Part shown: positions 46,060 through 56,199 of the stretch, piece by piece | Layout of the letters: every line of letters begins with the position of its first letter | How positions within the stretch are numbered: the stretch's first letter is position 1 | DNA from: an uncultured Christensenella sp. | GTDB lineage: Bacteria; Bacillota; Clostridia; Christensenellales; UBA3700 | Direction: 5' to 3' | Assembly: GCA_949290515.1 (NCBI GenBank) | Contig: CASERZ010000010.1 | Span: forward strand, 22,153-86,152 | Length of the DNA stretch: 64,000 bases | Translations under genes and position numbers: made by a program | The notes under the pieces: model-generated | The model's input: only the letters and a program-made list of their open reading frames with translations | Database searches by the model: none | Told to the model about the DNA's origin: nothing

Positions 46060-47651
46060 TATTTTGTCTCCTCCTCGCTTTGTTTTTTTTCTTGATCGTT
46101 CGACATATCCTGCTCGGAAACGATTTCCTTATCTTCACTGTTTTGCACGTCTTGCATTGACATATCGATTGTATTTTCGTTATCTGTACTGTCTTGTGCG
46201 GACTGCACGCCTTCTTGTGCAGTTGCTACCGTTTTTCTTTTAAGACTCTTCAAAATGGCTATCACTTGTTTACACAACGTAACCACGTCTTTTGCATGGA
46301 ATATCAATACCACTAAAATTATAACTGCTTGTACGCCGTAATAAACCCAGTTGGATTTTATTCTTTCGCTTTCGAGAATAAATACCGCCTGGAAAGCTAT
46401 CAGCAAAAGCAAAATTATTTCTTTAACCCAGTTGGCACGCAAATGCGAATATTTTTGCGTATCGACTATTCTTATAGTTGTCATAATCAGATATCCTGCA
46501 AGGCTTGCGATAAGTGCGCCTTTAATTCCCATAAAGTACACAAGTATCAGGCACATTATTGAATTTGTAAGTGCTCCCGCCAATGTCGATACAAACACCA
46601 TTTTCGTTCTCATCGCCGCACCATAATACGCCCCGAAAAACGAACAATAACAACTTATGATTGCGGTAAATATCGCCATTGACGAATATCTCCACGAATC
46701 CGCAAATTCTCCTTGCAAGAGAAATTTGGAAACAAAGGGCAATATCATCAACAAACACGTCGCTGCTATATGAAGGAATGCTCCGTAATACTTGAATATG
46801 CTTGAATTGAATTCTGACTTATCCTTATCGTCTATCGACTTGACGGTAGAAATCGTCCACGCCTGAAGGAAGATAGTTCCGAAAATATTGATAAGCGTAG
46901 CTATTTTTGATGACGCTACATAAAGTCCCGAATCTCCGCTTCCGCAAAAATAAATTATTATATATCTGTTGACGACTTGAATAAACCACCAGCACAGTGA
47001 ATTAGGCATCAAAGGCAAAGCGTATTGAACCATCTCTTTGAATAATTGCTTGTCCAAAGTTTTGGGATTGATATTTTTGAATACTCCGCCTACGAAGAAA
47101 AGTATCAACAGAGATGACATATATGCCGCTATCAACGAAAGAAGATATCCGTAAGCGCCCCATTTCAGCCAATAGACAAATATCGCATTGCTTGCAGCAA
47201 GCATAAGCGCCTGAGTAATACCGCTTATGGCAAAAGTTATGACCTTGCCTGTACCTCTGACAAACTGTCCCCAAACGTTGGATAGCGCAACGCACATATA
47301 AAGAAAAGCAAAAAGTATGCAGAGTTTGAAGTCAACTTTTATAGCCGCAAGCAACGAGCCTGCAAGCACCATAATAAAACCTAGCGTCAATATACCCATA
47401 GTATTTGACAGCACGCTTTTTGAATTTACGTCTTTTCTCATGGTAAATCTGAAAACAGCATCCTGAAGACCCAATGTAAGCAAAGGTATGATAAGTTCCG
47501 TCAAGCTCATGAGAGACTCTGCCGTACCGTAATCCTCCGTTGTCATTGACAAAGTTATCAACGGCATCAGGAAAAACTGTATGGCTTTTACGCTGAACGA
47601 ACCTATTGCAAATACTATTGTATTTTTTGTGAGCTGTTTGTAGTCTCCCAT
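46059..47651 (-). CDS. wzx: Polysaccharide flippase Wzx
   Basis: LTKNTIVFAIG, about 12 TM, ALPLMPN, GLY..SKI. Confidence 0.85.
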   Translation of the reverse strand: MGDYKQLTKNTIVFAIGSFSVKAIQFFLMPLITLSMTTEDYGTAESLMSLTELIIPLLTLGLQDAVFRFTMRKDVNSKSVLSNTMGILTLGFIMVLAGSLLAAIKVDFKLCILFAFLYMCVALSNVWGQFVRGTGKVITFAISGITQALMLAASNAIFVYWLKWGAYGYLLSLIAAYMSSLLILFFVGGVFKNINPKTLDKQLFKEMVQYALPLMPNSLCWWFIQVVNRYIIIYFCGSGDSGLYVASSKIATLINIFGTIFLQAWTISTVKSIDDKDKSEFNSSIFKYYGAFLHIAATCLLMILPFVSKFLLQGEFADSWRYSSMAIFTAIISCYCSFFGAYYGAAMRTKMVFVSTLAGALTNSIMCLILVYFMGIKGALIASLAGYLIMTTIRIVDTQKYSHLRANWVKEIILLLLIAFQAVFILESERIKSNWVYYGVQAVIILVVLIFHAKDVVTLCKQVIAILKSLKRKTVATAQEGVQSAQDSTDNENTIDMSMQDVQNSEDKEIVSEQDMSNDQEKKQSEEETK

Positions 47652-49162
47652 ATCTTAACTCCTCTGAAACCGAGTATGAATCCTATCACTCTAAAAATCA
47701 ATACCGCGCATATAAAATACAATATGTTCGTTGCGGTATCAAACAAGCCGCTGCGAGGCAAAGTAAACAGATTGTATGCCAAATAGAGTATTATCGCATT
47801 CTTCTCTATACTCATACCGTTTATGTTGACGGCAGACATATATGCGATAGCTTTGCCGAGAAGCAAACCGCCTATCACTACGCCGATTACGCCAAAAGCA
47901 ATGTAAAGTTCGGCAATAAACGACGTGCCCATTCCGTAACCGTTGACGTACAATTCCGGATTAACAAGATAGGATATCCAATGCGAGAAAGAATCGTTGG
48001 CTTGAACGTATTCCAGTCCTTGCGCCAAATCCGGCGTACTTATTCCGAACAAAACAGATTTTATCTGTTGTACCAATACATTGTTGAATAGCGCTTGTTT
48101 CAACGGATAAAGCAAATATACTATTCCGCTCTTGGGGAAAGCGTCTTGTTTGTCGATCGTGTTGGCAATAACCGAATCCGAACCGCCTGTGGAAACCATG
48201 AAATCTTTAAGAGCTCCGAAAAGGCTGAACGAATCGTTGGAATCCGATCTTGCCTGTTCGATGAACCAGAATACTACCATTACCAATACAGCAAAAAGCC
48301 CCAGGAAAATAAAATAAGTATATGGCATTTTCTTTCTGTCATAGCGGCAGCACATGATTACGTACCAAACTATAAACAGCAAGGCTTTTGCCACCAAAGC
48401 TCTTCTTCCTATCAGAACCTGAAGTCCGCCCTCGACTATCAAAAACATTAACAATACAACGAACACCTGCGACAGTTTAGGACGACAGCAGAGATATAAA
48501 AATACAAAACCTATAAACAGGAAGTTGCCTATCTTGATAACGGGATTGACGTCAACGTTGACAAGGTATCCCTCTGTATAAGACATATCGGACTTGACCG
48601 CAACGATCTTGGTCTGCATGTAAAGCGAACACAAAAAACAGATAATCAACAATACCATAAGAACTTTTCTCGAAGTTTCGAATTGTTTCAGCTGTTGCGA
48701 ATCTGTATATATGTTTTTTATGATTTCGTTGTTACGACGCTTAAAATACTTTCTGAAAGAGATCCTGTATCCGATAAATACGCTTATCAGCGCTCCGTAC
48801 ATCAGGCGTGTAAATACAAAATACTTGCTTGCGTCGAGCTTGAGAAAACTAAACGTCAAAAACTCATCGTAACCGCCCGTTTCCATATATTTGAAAATCT
48901 TTTGTCCCAACAAAAATATAAAGAAACAAAAGAAAAACGCAAATACAAGGAAATGCTTGTTTATGCCTACGATGATAAAATAACAAACTATTGCAAAGAA
49001 GAGAATATATACATTGATAAACAGCAAAACGTTTGTCGTTTCGTTTAGAGAAAAAGCTTGTATGATACAGAATATCACTTCCAAAAACAGTGATATTCCT
49101 ACGAAAATATCGGCAACATTTATTCTGTTGTTTATTTCGTATAAAAAATTCTTCTTAAGCAT
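47615..49162 (-). CDS. wzy: Polysaccharide polymerase Wzy
   Basis: About 12 TM with a large loop; GRR and GYGMGTSFIAELY motifs. Confidence 0.8.
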   Translation of the reverse strand: MLKKNFLYEINNRINVADIFVGISLFLEVIFCIIQAFSLNETTNVLLFINVYILFFAIVCYFIIVGINKHFLVFAFFFCFFIFLLGQKIFKYMETGGYDEFLTFSFLKLDASKYFVFTRLMYGALISVFIGYRISFRKYFKRRNNEIIKNIYTDSQQLKQFETSRKVLMVLLIICFLCSLYMQTKIVAVKSDMSYTEGYLVNVDVNPVIKIGNFLFIGFVFLYLCCRPKLSQVFVVLLMFLIVEGGLQVLIGRRALVAKALLFIVWYVIMCCRYDRKKMPYTYFIFLGLFAVLVMVVFWFIEQARSDSNDSFSLFGALKDFMVSTGGSDSVIANTIDKQDAFPKSGIVYLLYPLKQALFNNVLVQQIKSVLFGISTPDLAQGLEYVQANDSFSHWISYLVNPELYVNGYGMGTSFIAELYIAFGVIGVVIGGLLLGKAIAYMSAVNINGMSIEKNAIILYLAYNLFTLPRSGLFDTATNILYFICAVLIFRVIGFILGFRGVKIWETTNSSQKIQ

Positions 49163-50261
49163 TACTTCTGTCTCTCAGAATTATCTCCTGAAATTTTTCT
49201 ACATACGAACGGTTATCAAAACCCTTTTCTTTTATCGTCTCTGCGTATTCTTTTCTGTCGTTTTTCGGCAGCTGCAAAATTCGCTCCGCCCATACAGCCG
49301 CATCAAGGTCTTCTCTAAAACATATATCAGTCAACACGCATTCCGACGTAACTTTGGACGATATAACGCAAGGCAACCCGTTTGCCTGCGCCTCTATCGC
49401 CGAAACGGGAAATCCCTCGTGAAAAGACGGCAAAACGAATACGTCCATTGCATTGAGAAGTTGAGGCACGTCGCTTCTCATTCCCAAAAAAATCACTCTG
49501 TCTTTGATGTCGGATGTCTCGGCTTTTTCTGCTATTGCGTCCTGCAATTCTCCCTTTCCGACATATACTATTTTGTATTGCTCGGGCAAAAGAGCCAATA
49601 CGTCTATCATAAACAACGGATTTTTCACTTCCGTTATTCTTCCCACCGCCGTCAAAAGAATGTCTCCCTCTTTTGCTCCTATTTGCTCTCGCAATTCCTC
49701 TCGAATTTTTTCGTTATAAGCAAAACGCTCGGTATCGATAGAATTTCTCAACACGTTGACGGTATGATTCTTTCTGTATTTTTTACTGTAAAAATATGCA
49801 GCTGAACTTTCCGAACAAGCCAATGCTATATCGAGATTTTTATAGAACGTTCTCGTCGTGAACATCTCGATTATTCTGAAAGTCAGCTTGCGCAGGAAAC
49901 TTCCCTCGACACATTCGCCGTGCGAGTGCGCAATGGTTCGTACGCCGTACTTTTTGGCAATTCTAAAAATCGCTACGTCAACCTTGCTTGTATTGTTTAT
50001 CCATACGTAATCGAATTTTTCTTTTTGCAAAAGAGCTTCGAGTTGAGCGGCATATTGACGTTTATCCTTGCCGAAAGGCGTTATCTTTACAATGGAATAT
50101 CCTATTGCCTGTATATCTTCTTCAACCGCAGAATCGTATGTCAGCAAAACTACCGCATCGAATTTTTCACGATCGAGATATTTGAGAGTGTTCATTACAA
50201 CGCTAGCAACTCCCCCTCTGCCTTTACCTATTCCGCTTATGAGTATCCTTATTTTTTCCAT
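49155..50261 (-). CDS. Glycosyltransferase GT4
   Basis: VGRITEVKN, PSFHEGFPVSAIEAQANGLP (Ex7E). Confidence 0.9.
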   Translation of the reverse strand: MEKIRILISGIGKGRGGVASVVMNTLKYLDREKFDAVVLLTYDSAVEEDIQAIGYSIVKITPFGKDKRQYAAQLEALLQKEKFDYVWINNTSKVDVAIFRIAKKYGVRTIAHSHGECVEGSFLRKLTFRIIEMFTTRTFYKNLDIALACSESSAAYFYSKKYRKNHTVNVLRNSIDTERFAYNEKIREELREQIGAKEGDILLTAVGRITEVKNPLFMIDVLALLPEQYKIVYVGKGELQDAIAEKAETSDIKDRVIFLGMRSDVPQLLNAMDVFVLPSFHEGFPVSAIEAQANGLPCVISSKVTSECVLTDICFREDLDAAVWAERILQLPKNDRKEYAETIKEKGFDNRSYVEKFQEIILRDRSNA

Positions 50262-51205
50262 AATCTGCCCAGATATTTTTTGATTATTTTGATAGCGTTT
50301 TTCTTGCCGAGCAAGAGAGTTGACGCAACCATTTTATATTTGAGTTCTATATATTTAGAAAAGAGTATCTTCCACTTTTCTTTTTTGAGCATGTCCGCAT
50401 ATTTTGCGACATAATCGTTTTCACCGACAACTCCGTATATTATACCTTTGCACCAGAACGCCAAAAGACCTTTGAGATAATGCGCATAAGCTGCTTTTTT
50501 GTTTTTATCATCGGCTTTTGCTACTATATTCAATCTGTTTTGCAAATCGAACAAATGATTTTCTTTAAGTTGTCCGCCCGACAAAGAAAGTGCGTTTTGC
50601 CTGTAAAAATAGCCGTTGTAATCGCTTGTTACAAGCACTTTGACATTCTCTGAATACCTGAATATAAAATCCTGATCTTCACCCAGTTTTATACTTTCGT
50701 CAAAACGGATATTTTCAAGCAAATCTCTTTTGTAGAGATACCTCACCGAACAATACAGGCGATTGTTTTGAAGCATATACCCCTGAAGATTTTTTGTTAT
50801 GCGCTTTGTCTTATTTTTCCTGTTGACTTCGGGCAACTTATCAAAAAACTCGAGATACTCCATTCCCGACATATCGGCTTGGTTACTCTGCATATTTTCC
50901 GCCAAAACTTCTATCATGTCTCGGTCTATCACGTCGTCCGAATCTACAAAAGCTATACACTCGCCCTCTGAATGGTCAATTCCGTAATTTCTTGCGCTGC
51001 TCAACCCTCCGTTAGGCTTGTGACAACTTCTGATACGGGCGTCCCTTTCTGCCAACGCATCGCAAAGTTCTCCGCTGTTATCGGTGCTGCCGTCATCCAC
51101 AAGCACTATCTCTGTATCTTCGTAGCTTTGAGAGAGAATGCTGTTTACACACTCTTCGAGATATTTTGACGTGTTGTACACGGGTACTACAATCGATACT
51201 TTCAT
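50249..51205 (-). CDS. Glycosyltransferase GT2
   Basis: VSIVVPVYN, VDDGSTD, GLSSARN, FVDSDD, GED. Confidence 0.92.
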   Translation of the reverse strand: MKVSIVVPVYNTSKYLEECVNSILSQSYEDTEIVLVDDGSTDNSGELCDALAERDARIRSCHKPNGGLSSARNYGIDHSEGECIAFVDSDDVIDRDMIEVLAENMQSNQADMSGMEYLEFFDKLPEVNRKNKTKRITKNLQGYMLQNNRLYCSVRYLYKRDLLENIRFDESIKLGEDQDFIFRYSENVKVLVTSDYNGYFYRQNALSLSGGQLKENHLFDLQNRLNIVAKADDKNKKAAYAHYLKGLLAFWCKGIIYGVVGENDYVAKYADMLKKEKWKILFSKYIELKYKMVASTLLLGKKNAIKIIKKYLGRLWKK

Positions 51206-51366
51206 ATTTCTTCCTTTGCTTTAGTCTTCTTTGTCTGCGATCTTTGCGCAGAAAGCGTACCGCCCGACATAAACAGCGTGAGTCCGTTTTCATCGCACAG
51301 CTTGTCCAGATAGCCAACCATTTCGACCAAACGTTTTTTCATTTCAGGCACTTCTATTTTTCTCAT
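51202..51366 (-). pseudogene. Truncated LicD-family gene remnant
   Basis: LicD-like N-terminus (EMKKRLVEM...LCDENGL..FMSGGTL) breaks off where GAIRH.GFIPWDDD is expected. Confidence 0.75.
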
Positions 51367-51398
51367 ACACCTCTTGTATTCTCTCACTTCACTTGCTT

Positions 51399-52496
51399 TT
51401 ATTTATTGTCTTCTTGAGCGTTTTGTAAATCTTCGTTATCTTTTTCCATTGTTGCCGCCTGCTTGTCGACTTTTACGAAAGGCGCAATTGTCAATCCCCA
51501 CAATGTTCCCAAGCCGTATGCAAAATGCAACATCGGAAACAAAAACGGCAAACACAACAACCCGATCCCTTCTTTGTAATCCTTGCAACTCTTGAGTGTA
51601 AGCAATAAGTCTATTAACAGATACAGACCTACTCCGCACACAAAAGGCAAACACAACCACCAAGACACTTGCGGTATAAACGATATTCCGAACAAAATAA
51701 GACACACTACTGCTGCCAAGGCAAATATACAGGGTACAAAGTGATACAGCGAAAAAATCGAAGGAGTTTTTCTGACGGAAGTAATTCCTATCCACTTGCC
51801 GTTGCCCCATTTCTGTTTGAGCATACCTTTGAGAGTCGCTCTCGTCTGATATTCTGAATATATCCTGTCGGACATACAAATTTTGTAGCCGCTTTGACGT
51901 ATGCGATAGTGCATCTCGTTGTCTTCAGATCTTAAAAGGCTCTCGTTGAATAAGCCGACTTTTTCAAATACTTCACGCTTATAGCAAGCATGAGCTACAG
52001 TCTTGACATACTGTTTTTTATCGGAATTCCGATATGTCGCCACGCCGCTGCCGAACATGGAATTTTCAGCCATGAGCAAAACTTTTTTCGCCTTGGAATC
52101 TCCGTTGATTACATTGACTCTGCGACCGCCGCAAACGTCTTCGCCCGAATCTATGCAAGCCACGTTTTCGCTCACGAAATTTGCAGGGATTATAGCATGA
52201 GCGTCGACTCTTATAATGAGTTCGCCCGTAGAGTTTGTGATTGCGACGTTCCAACCGCTTGCCTGTATCCTTTTGGGATTGTCGAGCACAAGCACGTTGG
52301 CAAAGCCGTTCTCTTCTTGGGCAAAAGCGGTCATTATTTCTTTGGTTTTATCTTTAGAGCCGCTGTCTACCAATACTATTTCTGTCTCGGAATGGTCGTA
52401 ATCCTGCGCCCTGATATTATCGAGAAGTCTGGTGATATTTTCTTCTTCGTTCAGCGCTATTACACACAGCGATACTCTTATCGTCTTCTCTTCCAT
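51399..52496 (-). CDS. Glycosyltransferase GT2 (ExoA-like, with C-terminal TMs)
   Basis: NEE, VDSGSKD, RVDAH, GLFNESL.RSEDNE. Confidence 0.85.
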   Translation of the reverse strand: MEEKTIRVSLCVIALNEEENITRLLDNIRAQDYDHSETEIVLVDSGSKDKTKEIMTAFAQEENGFANVLVLDNPKRIQASGWNVAITNSTGELIIRVDAHAIIPANFVSENVACIDSGEDVCGGRRVNVINGDSKAKKVLLMAENSMFGSGVATYRNSDKKQYVKTVAHACYKREVFEKVGLFNESLLRSEDNEMHYRIRQSGYKICMSDRIYSEYQTRATLKGMLKQKWGNGKWIGITSVRKTPSIFSLYHFVPCIFALAAVVCLILFGISFIPQVSWWLCLPFVCGVGLYLLIDLLLTLKSCKDYKEGIGLLCLPFLFPMLHFAYGLGTLWGLTIAPFVKVDKQAATMEKDNEDLQNAQEDNK

Positions 52497-52497
52497 A

Positions 52498-53100
52498 TCA
52501 CTCCTTGATTACTTTGAAAACTGTCTTGAATATCAGCCCGATATCGTAGAAAAATCCTGCTTTCTCAATATACTTGAGATTGAGTTCGAGCTTGGCGGGC
52601 ATTATTTCTTCGATATATTTTCTGTCAGGGTCTTCAGCTTCTTTGAGCAAATCGTTTTCGTTGCGGTACTCGATTGACGCCAAATCGGTTATGCCGGGCT
52701 TTACCGTGAGTACCTTACGCTGTTCCTCGGTGTAAAGCTCTACGTATCTGGGTACCTCGGGACGGGGACCTACAAAACTCATCTTGCCCGAAAGCACGTT
52801 GAACAACTGAGGCAATTCGTCTATCTTTGTCTTGCGGATAAACTTGCCTACCTTGGTAATTCTGCTGTCGCCGTCGGTAGTTATCTGTCTGCCCTTTGCC
52901 TCTGCGTCGACTACCATCGAACGGAATTTCCATATCTTGAACGTTTTGCCGTTTTTGCCCACTCTCTCCTGTTTGAAAAGTACGGGGCCTTTTGAGGAAC
53001 ACTTGATTGCTATCGCAACGAACAAAAACAGCAACAGCAAGAAAAGTATTCCCAACAACGAAAAGAATATATCGAAACATCTCTTGGAAAATCTATACAC
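52498..53100 (-). CDS. Priming undecaprenyl-phosphate sugar phosphotransferase
   Basis: KRCFDI, FKQERVG, KFRSM, DELPQL, GKMSFVGPRPE, KPGIT. Confidence 0.93.
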   Translation of the reverse strand: MYRFSKRCFDIFFSLLGILFLLLLFLFVAIAIKCSSKGPVLFKQERVGKNGKTFKIWKFRSMVVDAEAKGRQITTDGDSRITKVGKFIRKTKIDELPQLFNVLSGKMSFVGPRPEVPRYVELYTEEQRKVLTVKPGITDLASIEYRNENDLLKEAEDPDRKYIEEIMPAKLELNLKYIEKAGFFYDIGLIFKTVFKVIKE

Positions 53101-54289
53101 GGACTGCCTCCTTGTAGCTGTCTATAATATAATCTACTTCCTCGTCTGTGAGAAGCGTATGCAAAGGAAGCGTTATCTCGTTGCGGTACATATCGTAAGC
53201 GCAGGGATAGTCCTTAATGTCAAAACCTATCGCCTTGTATCCCGTAAACATAGGAAGTGGCTTATAATGCACGTTGGACGCTATGCCTTTTTCCGCAAGG
53301 CGGGTAATTATCGCGTTGCGTTGTTTCTCGTCAATGCCGTCTACTCTGGTGATATAGAGATGTCCGCTTCCCGCGAAGTCTTTTCCGTAATGCTTTACGG
53401 GCGTTATTGCCGTACCTGCAAACGCCTTGTCGTACTTCTCGATAATCTCTTTTCTCCTTGCCAGAAGAGAGGGGTATCTCCTCAGCTGAACTATTCCTAT
53501 AGCCGACATAATATCCGTCATATTGCACTTGTAACCGAGCGTCTTTATATCGTATTCCCACGCGCCGATTTTCATTTTTGAAAGCGCGTCCTTGGACTGC
53601 CCGTGAAGCGACATAAGCATAAATTGAGTATATATGTCTTCGTCGGATATTCCCTCAATACTTTTCCACGTTACGGCACCGCCCTCAGCCGTCGTAAGAT
53701 TTTTGACGGCGTGGAAGGAAAAAGAGGTAAAATCGGCTATCTCACCCGAAACTTTACCTTCTCTTACCGCGCCGAAAGAATGTGCAGCATCAGCTATTAC
53801 GGCTATTCTGCCTATACGTTTCTGCACGGGATTTTCCGCTTTGAAAATACCTTTGTTATCCTCGGCGATTTTATACAATGCGTCATAATCGGCTATTACG
53901 CCCGCTATATCCACGCCGATAATTGCTTTCGTCCTGTCGTTAACAGCCTTGGCTACGTTTGCCGCGCTGATGTAAAAATCCTCTTTATCTACGTCGACGA
54001 GTACAATCTTCGCGCCTACGTGCTCGATTACGCTTGCCGAAGCCGTGTAAGTATATGCGCTGGTAATTACCTCGTCCCCCTCGCCTATACCCAAAAAACG
54101 GAGAATAAGCTCTAGTCCTGCGGTAGCGGAATTGAGACATACGGCTTTTGCGGTATGGCAATACCGGGCTATCTGTTTTTCGAATAGTTTGGTTTTAGGT
54201 CCGGTAGTTATCCATCCCGACCTGAGCGTATCTGTTACTTCGTCTATTTCTTCCTGAGTTATATCGGGAGGAGAGAACTTTATATTCAT
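53093..54289 (-). CDS. DegT/DnrJ sugar aminotransferase (AatB/WcfR-like, AATGal synthesis)
   Basis: FSPPDIT..EI.EV.DTLRSGWITTGPKT, DAAH, FSFHAVKNLTTAEGG. Confidence 0.85.
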   Translation of the reverse strand: MNIKFSPPDITQEEIDEVTDTLRSGWITTGPKTKLFEKQIARYCHTAKAVCLNSATAGLELILRFLGIGEGDEVITSAYTYTASASVIEHVGAKIVLVDVDKEDFYISAANVAKAVNDRTKAIIGVDIAGVIADYDALYKIAEDNKGIFKAENPVQKRIGRIAVIADAAHSFGAVREGKVSGEIADFTSFSFHAVKNLTTAEGGAVTWKSIEGISDEDIYTQFMLMSLHGQSKDALSKMKIGAWEYDIKTLGYKCNMTDIMSAIGIVQLRRYPSLLARRKEIIEKYDKAFAGTAITPVKHYGKDFAGSGHLYITRVDGIDEKQRNAIITRLAEKGIASNVHYKPLPMFTGYKAIGFDIKDYPCAYDMYRNEITLPLHTLLTDEEVDYIIDSYKEAVRV

Positions 54290-54460
54290 ATCCTTGGTCT
54301 TACTCCGTAAAAAATTTTAATTTATAATATTATAGCATTATGATTTGCAAATATCAACATTAAATACGTAAATATTAATAACTTATAAGGCACGCTATAA
54401 GGCACAAGCGGCTTTAACGGTTTTCGGCAACGGAATTTTCATTAAAATTTAAGCTTTTAA

Positions 54461-54492
54461 AAATACAGCCGCTTCTTTGTCAGAAGCGGCTG
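54461..54492 (-). terminator. Rho-independent terminator
   Basis: CAGCCGCTTCT...AGAAGCGGCTG hairpin downstream of the GH20 gene. Confidence 0.75.
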
Positions 54493-54533
54493 CAAAAGCC
54501 TTGAATTATTTGAGAATTTATGCTTTAAATCCT

Positions 54534-56123
54534 TTATTTCTCCGAATCTTTGTGAACAAGCATCTTTTTCATTTCGTCGAATTCGTAGTCGGGATATACT
54601 CGCCACAAATTCCATTTCGACGCGCACGTAAACTTTAGACGGGGGTGTGTCTTGCCGCTGTAAATTGCCTGAGGACAAATACGGCACTTGATGCCGTCGA
54701 GATATTCTCTCGAAGCTTCGAGTCTTTGCTCGAAGTCGTTATAGTTACGCTTTTCGGCAGGCGTCCAGCATACCTCGGAAAAAGCCGTAAGACGTGCCAT
54801 TGTAAGCATATCGAGTTTGTCGACCTCTCTGATATACTCAGTCCACTGAGGTATTTCCATACCCACTACGTTATTCTCGTTCATTACTCCCAGCTTCTCT
54901 GCCGTAAGAGAATAGGTCTTGGACAAGGGGCGTACGTTGTAAGGATGGTCCATATAGACGTAATTGACCATAGATATGACGATTTTTCCGCCTTTTTCCA
55001 TCCACGCAAACTCGTTTTTATCGCCCTTGCGGCGCGTCCACCACTGCGCTATGATATCCTTGTCCATAATGTCGTGAGCGTCGAGAATCTCGTTCCAGCC
55101 TATCATTGCCTTGCCTTTTGACTTGAGATATTCGGCTATAACGTTGTTAAAATATCCCTGCAAAGCATTGACGTCCTTGAGATTCTCTTCTTTGATTTTT
55201 GCCTGACAAAGCGGGCATTTCTGCCAACGCGCTTTGGGCACCTCGTCTCCGCCTATATGGAAGTACTTGCCGGGGAAAATTTCGCACAATTCGTCGATTA
55301 TGTCTTTAGCAAAAGAATAAACTTCCTCTTTTCCGCAGCACAAGATATTGTCCATAACTCCCCAACGTACGGAAACTTCTGTCTCCTCTCCTCTGCACGA
55401 AAGATGAGGATAGCACGCGATTGCGGCTACCATATGACCGGGCATATCTATCTCGGGAATTATCTCTATATGTCTTTCTTTTGCAAACGCTACGATATCG
55501 CGCATTTGCTCCTGCGTATAAAAACAGCCTTCTCCGTAAGGAGTATTGTCTCTGGGCTCTTTACCTCTCAAGTAGCCCTTCAAAGACAAAGGCGTGCTTT
55601 TTCTCACCGAACCTTTTTGCGTAAGCAAAGGATATTTTTTTATTTCTGCTCTCCAGCCCTGGTCATCGGTAAGATGCCAGTGAAAAACGTTCATTTTAAG
55701 ACGCGACATTATCTCGAGAATTTCTTTGATTTTTTCCACCGTCCAGAAGTGTCTTGCACAGTCGAGCATAAAACCTCTGTGCTTATAACGGGGTTTATCC
55801 TGAAAATCCGTACAATGAAATTGTCCGTCTTTGTAAGCCGATTGCTCAATCGTCATAAGCGCGTAATAAGCTCCCGCCTCGGTGCTTGCGCTTACGGTAA
55901 CGCTTTCTTCCGATTTGTCTGTCGAGATTACGTAGCCCTCTTCTGCCACGTATTCGTCTTTGACGAATTTAACAGAAGTACCTTTTCCGCCCTCGAAAGA
56001 AGCGAAAAATTCTTTGGCAAACTTGACAGTGTCTGCAAAATCACCGGTGATTTTTGTTGATTTACCCAACTTGATTGCGTGTTCCTTTATCACGTAATGA
56101 AGCGGTCTAGGAATAATGTTCAT
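54534..56123 (-). CDS. Beta-N-acetylhexosaminidase, GH20
   Basis: RGFMLDCARHF, HWHLTDDQGWR, PEIDMPGH, HIGGDE catalytic motif, WTEY. Confidence 0.95.
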   Translation of the reverse strand: MNIIPRPLHYVIKEHAIKLGKSTKITGDFADTVKFAKEFFASFEGGKGTSVKFVKDEYVAEEGYVISTDKSEESVTVSASTEAGAYYALMTIEQSAYKDGQFHCTDFQDKPRYKHRGFMLDCARHFWTVEKIKEILEIMSRLKMNVFHWHLTDDQGWRAEIKKYPLLTQKGSVRKSTPLSLKGYLRGKEPRDNTPYGEGCFYTQEQMRDIVAFAKERHIEIIPEIDMPGHMVAAIACYPHLSCRGEETEVSVRWGVMDNILCCGKEEVYSFAKDIIDELCEIFPGKYFHIGGDEVPKARWQKCPLCQAKIKEENLKDVNALQGYFNNVIAEYLKSKGKAMIGWNEILDAHDIMDKDIIAQWWTRRKGDKNEFAWMEKGGKIVISMVNYVYMDHPYNVRPLSKTYSLTAEKLGVMNENNVVGMEIPQWTEYIREVDKLDMLTMARLTAFSEVCWTPAEKRNYNDFEQRLEASREYLDGIKCRICPQAIYSGKTHPRLKFTCASKWNLWRVYPDYEFDEMKKMLVHKDSEK

Positions 56124-56199
56124 AATTGCCCCCCATTGAGTTTTTGCGTCAACGCATTTAGCCTCCGCATTTTGATTATATTATACACGGAAAGTTTTT

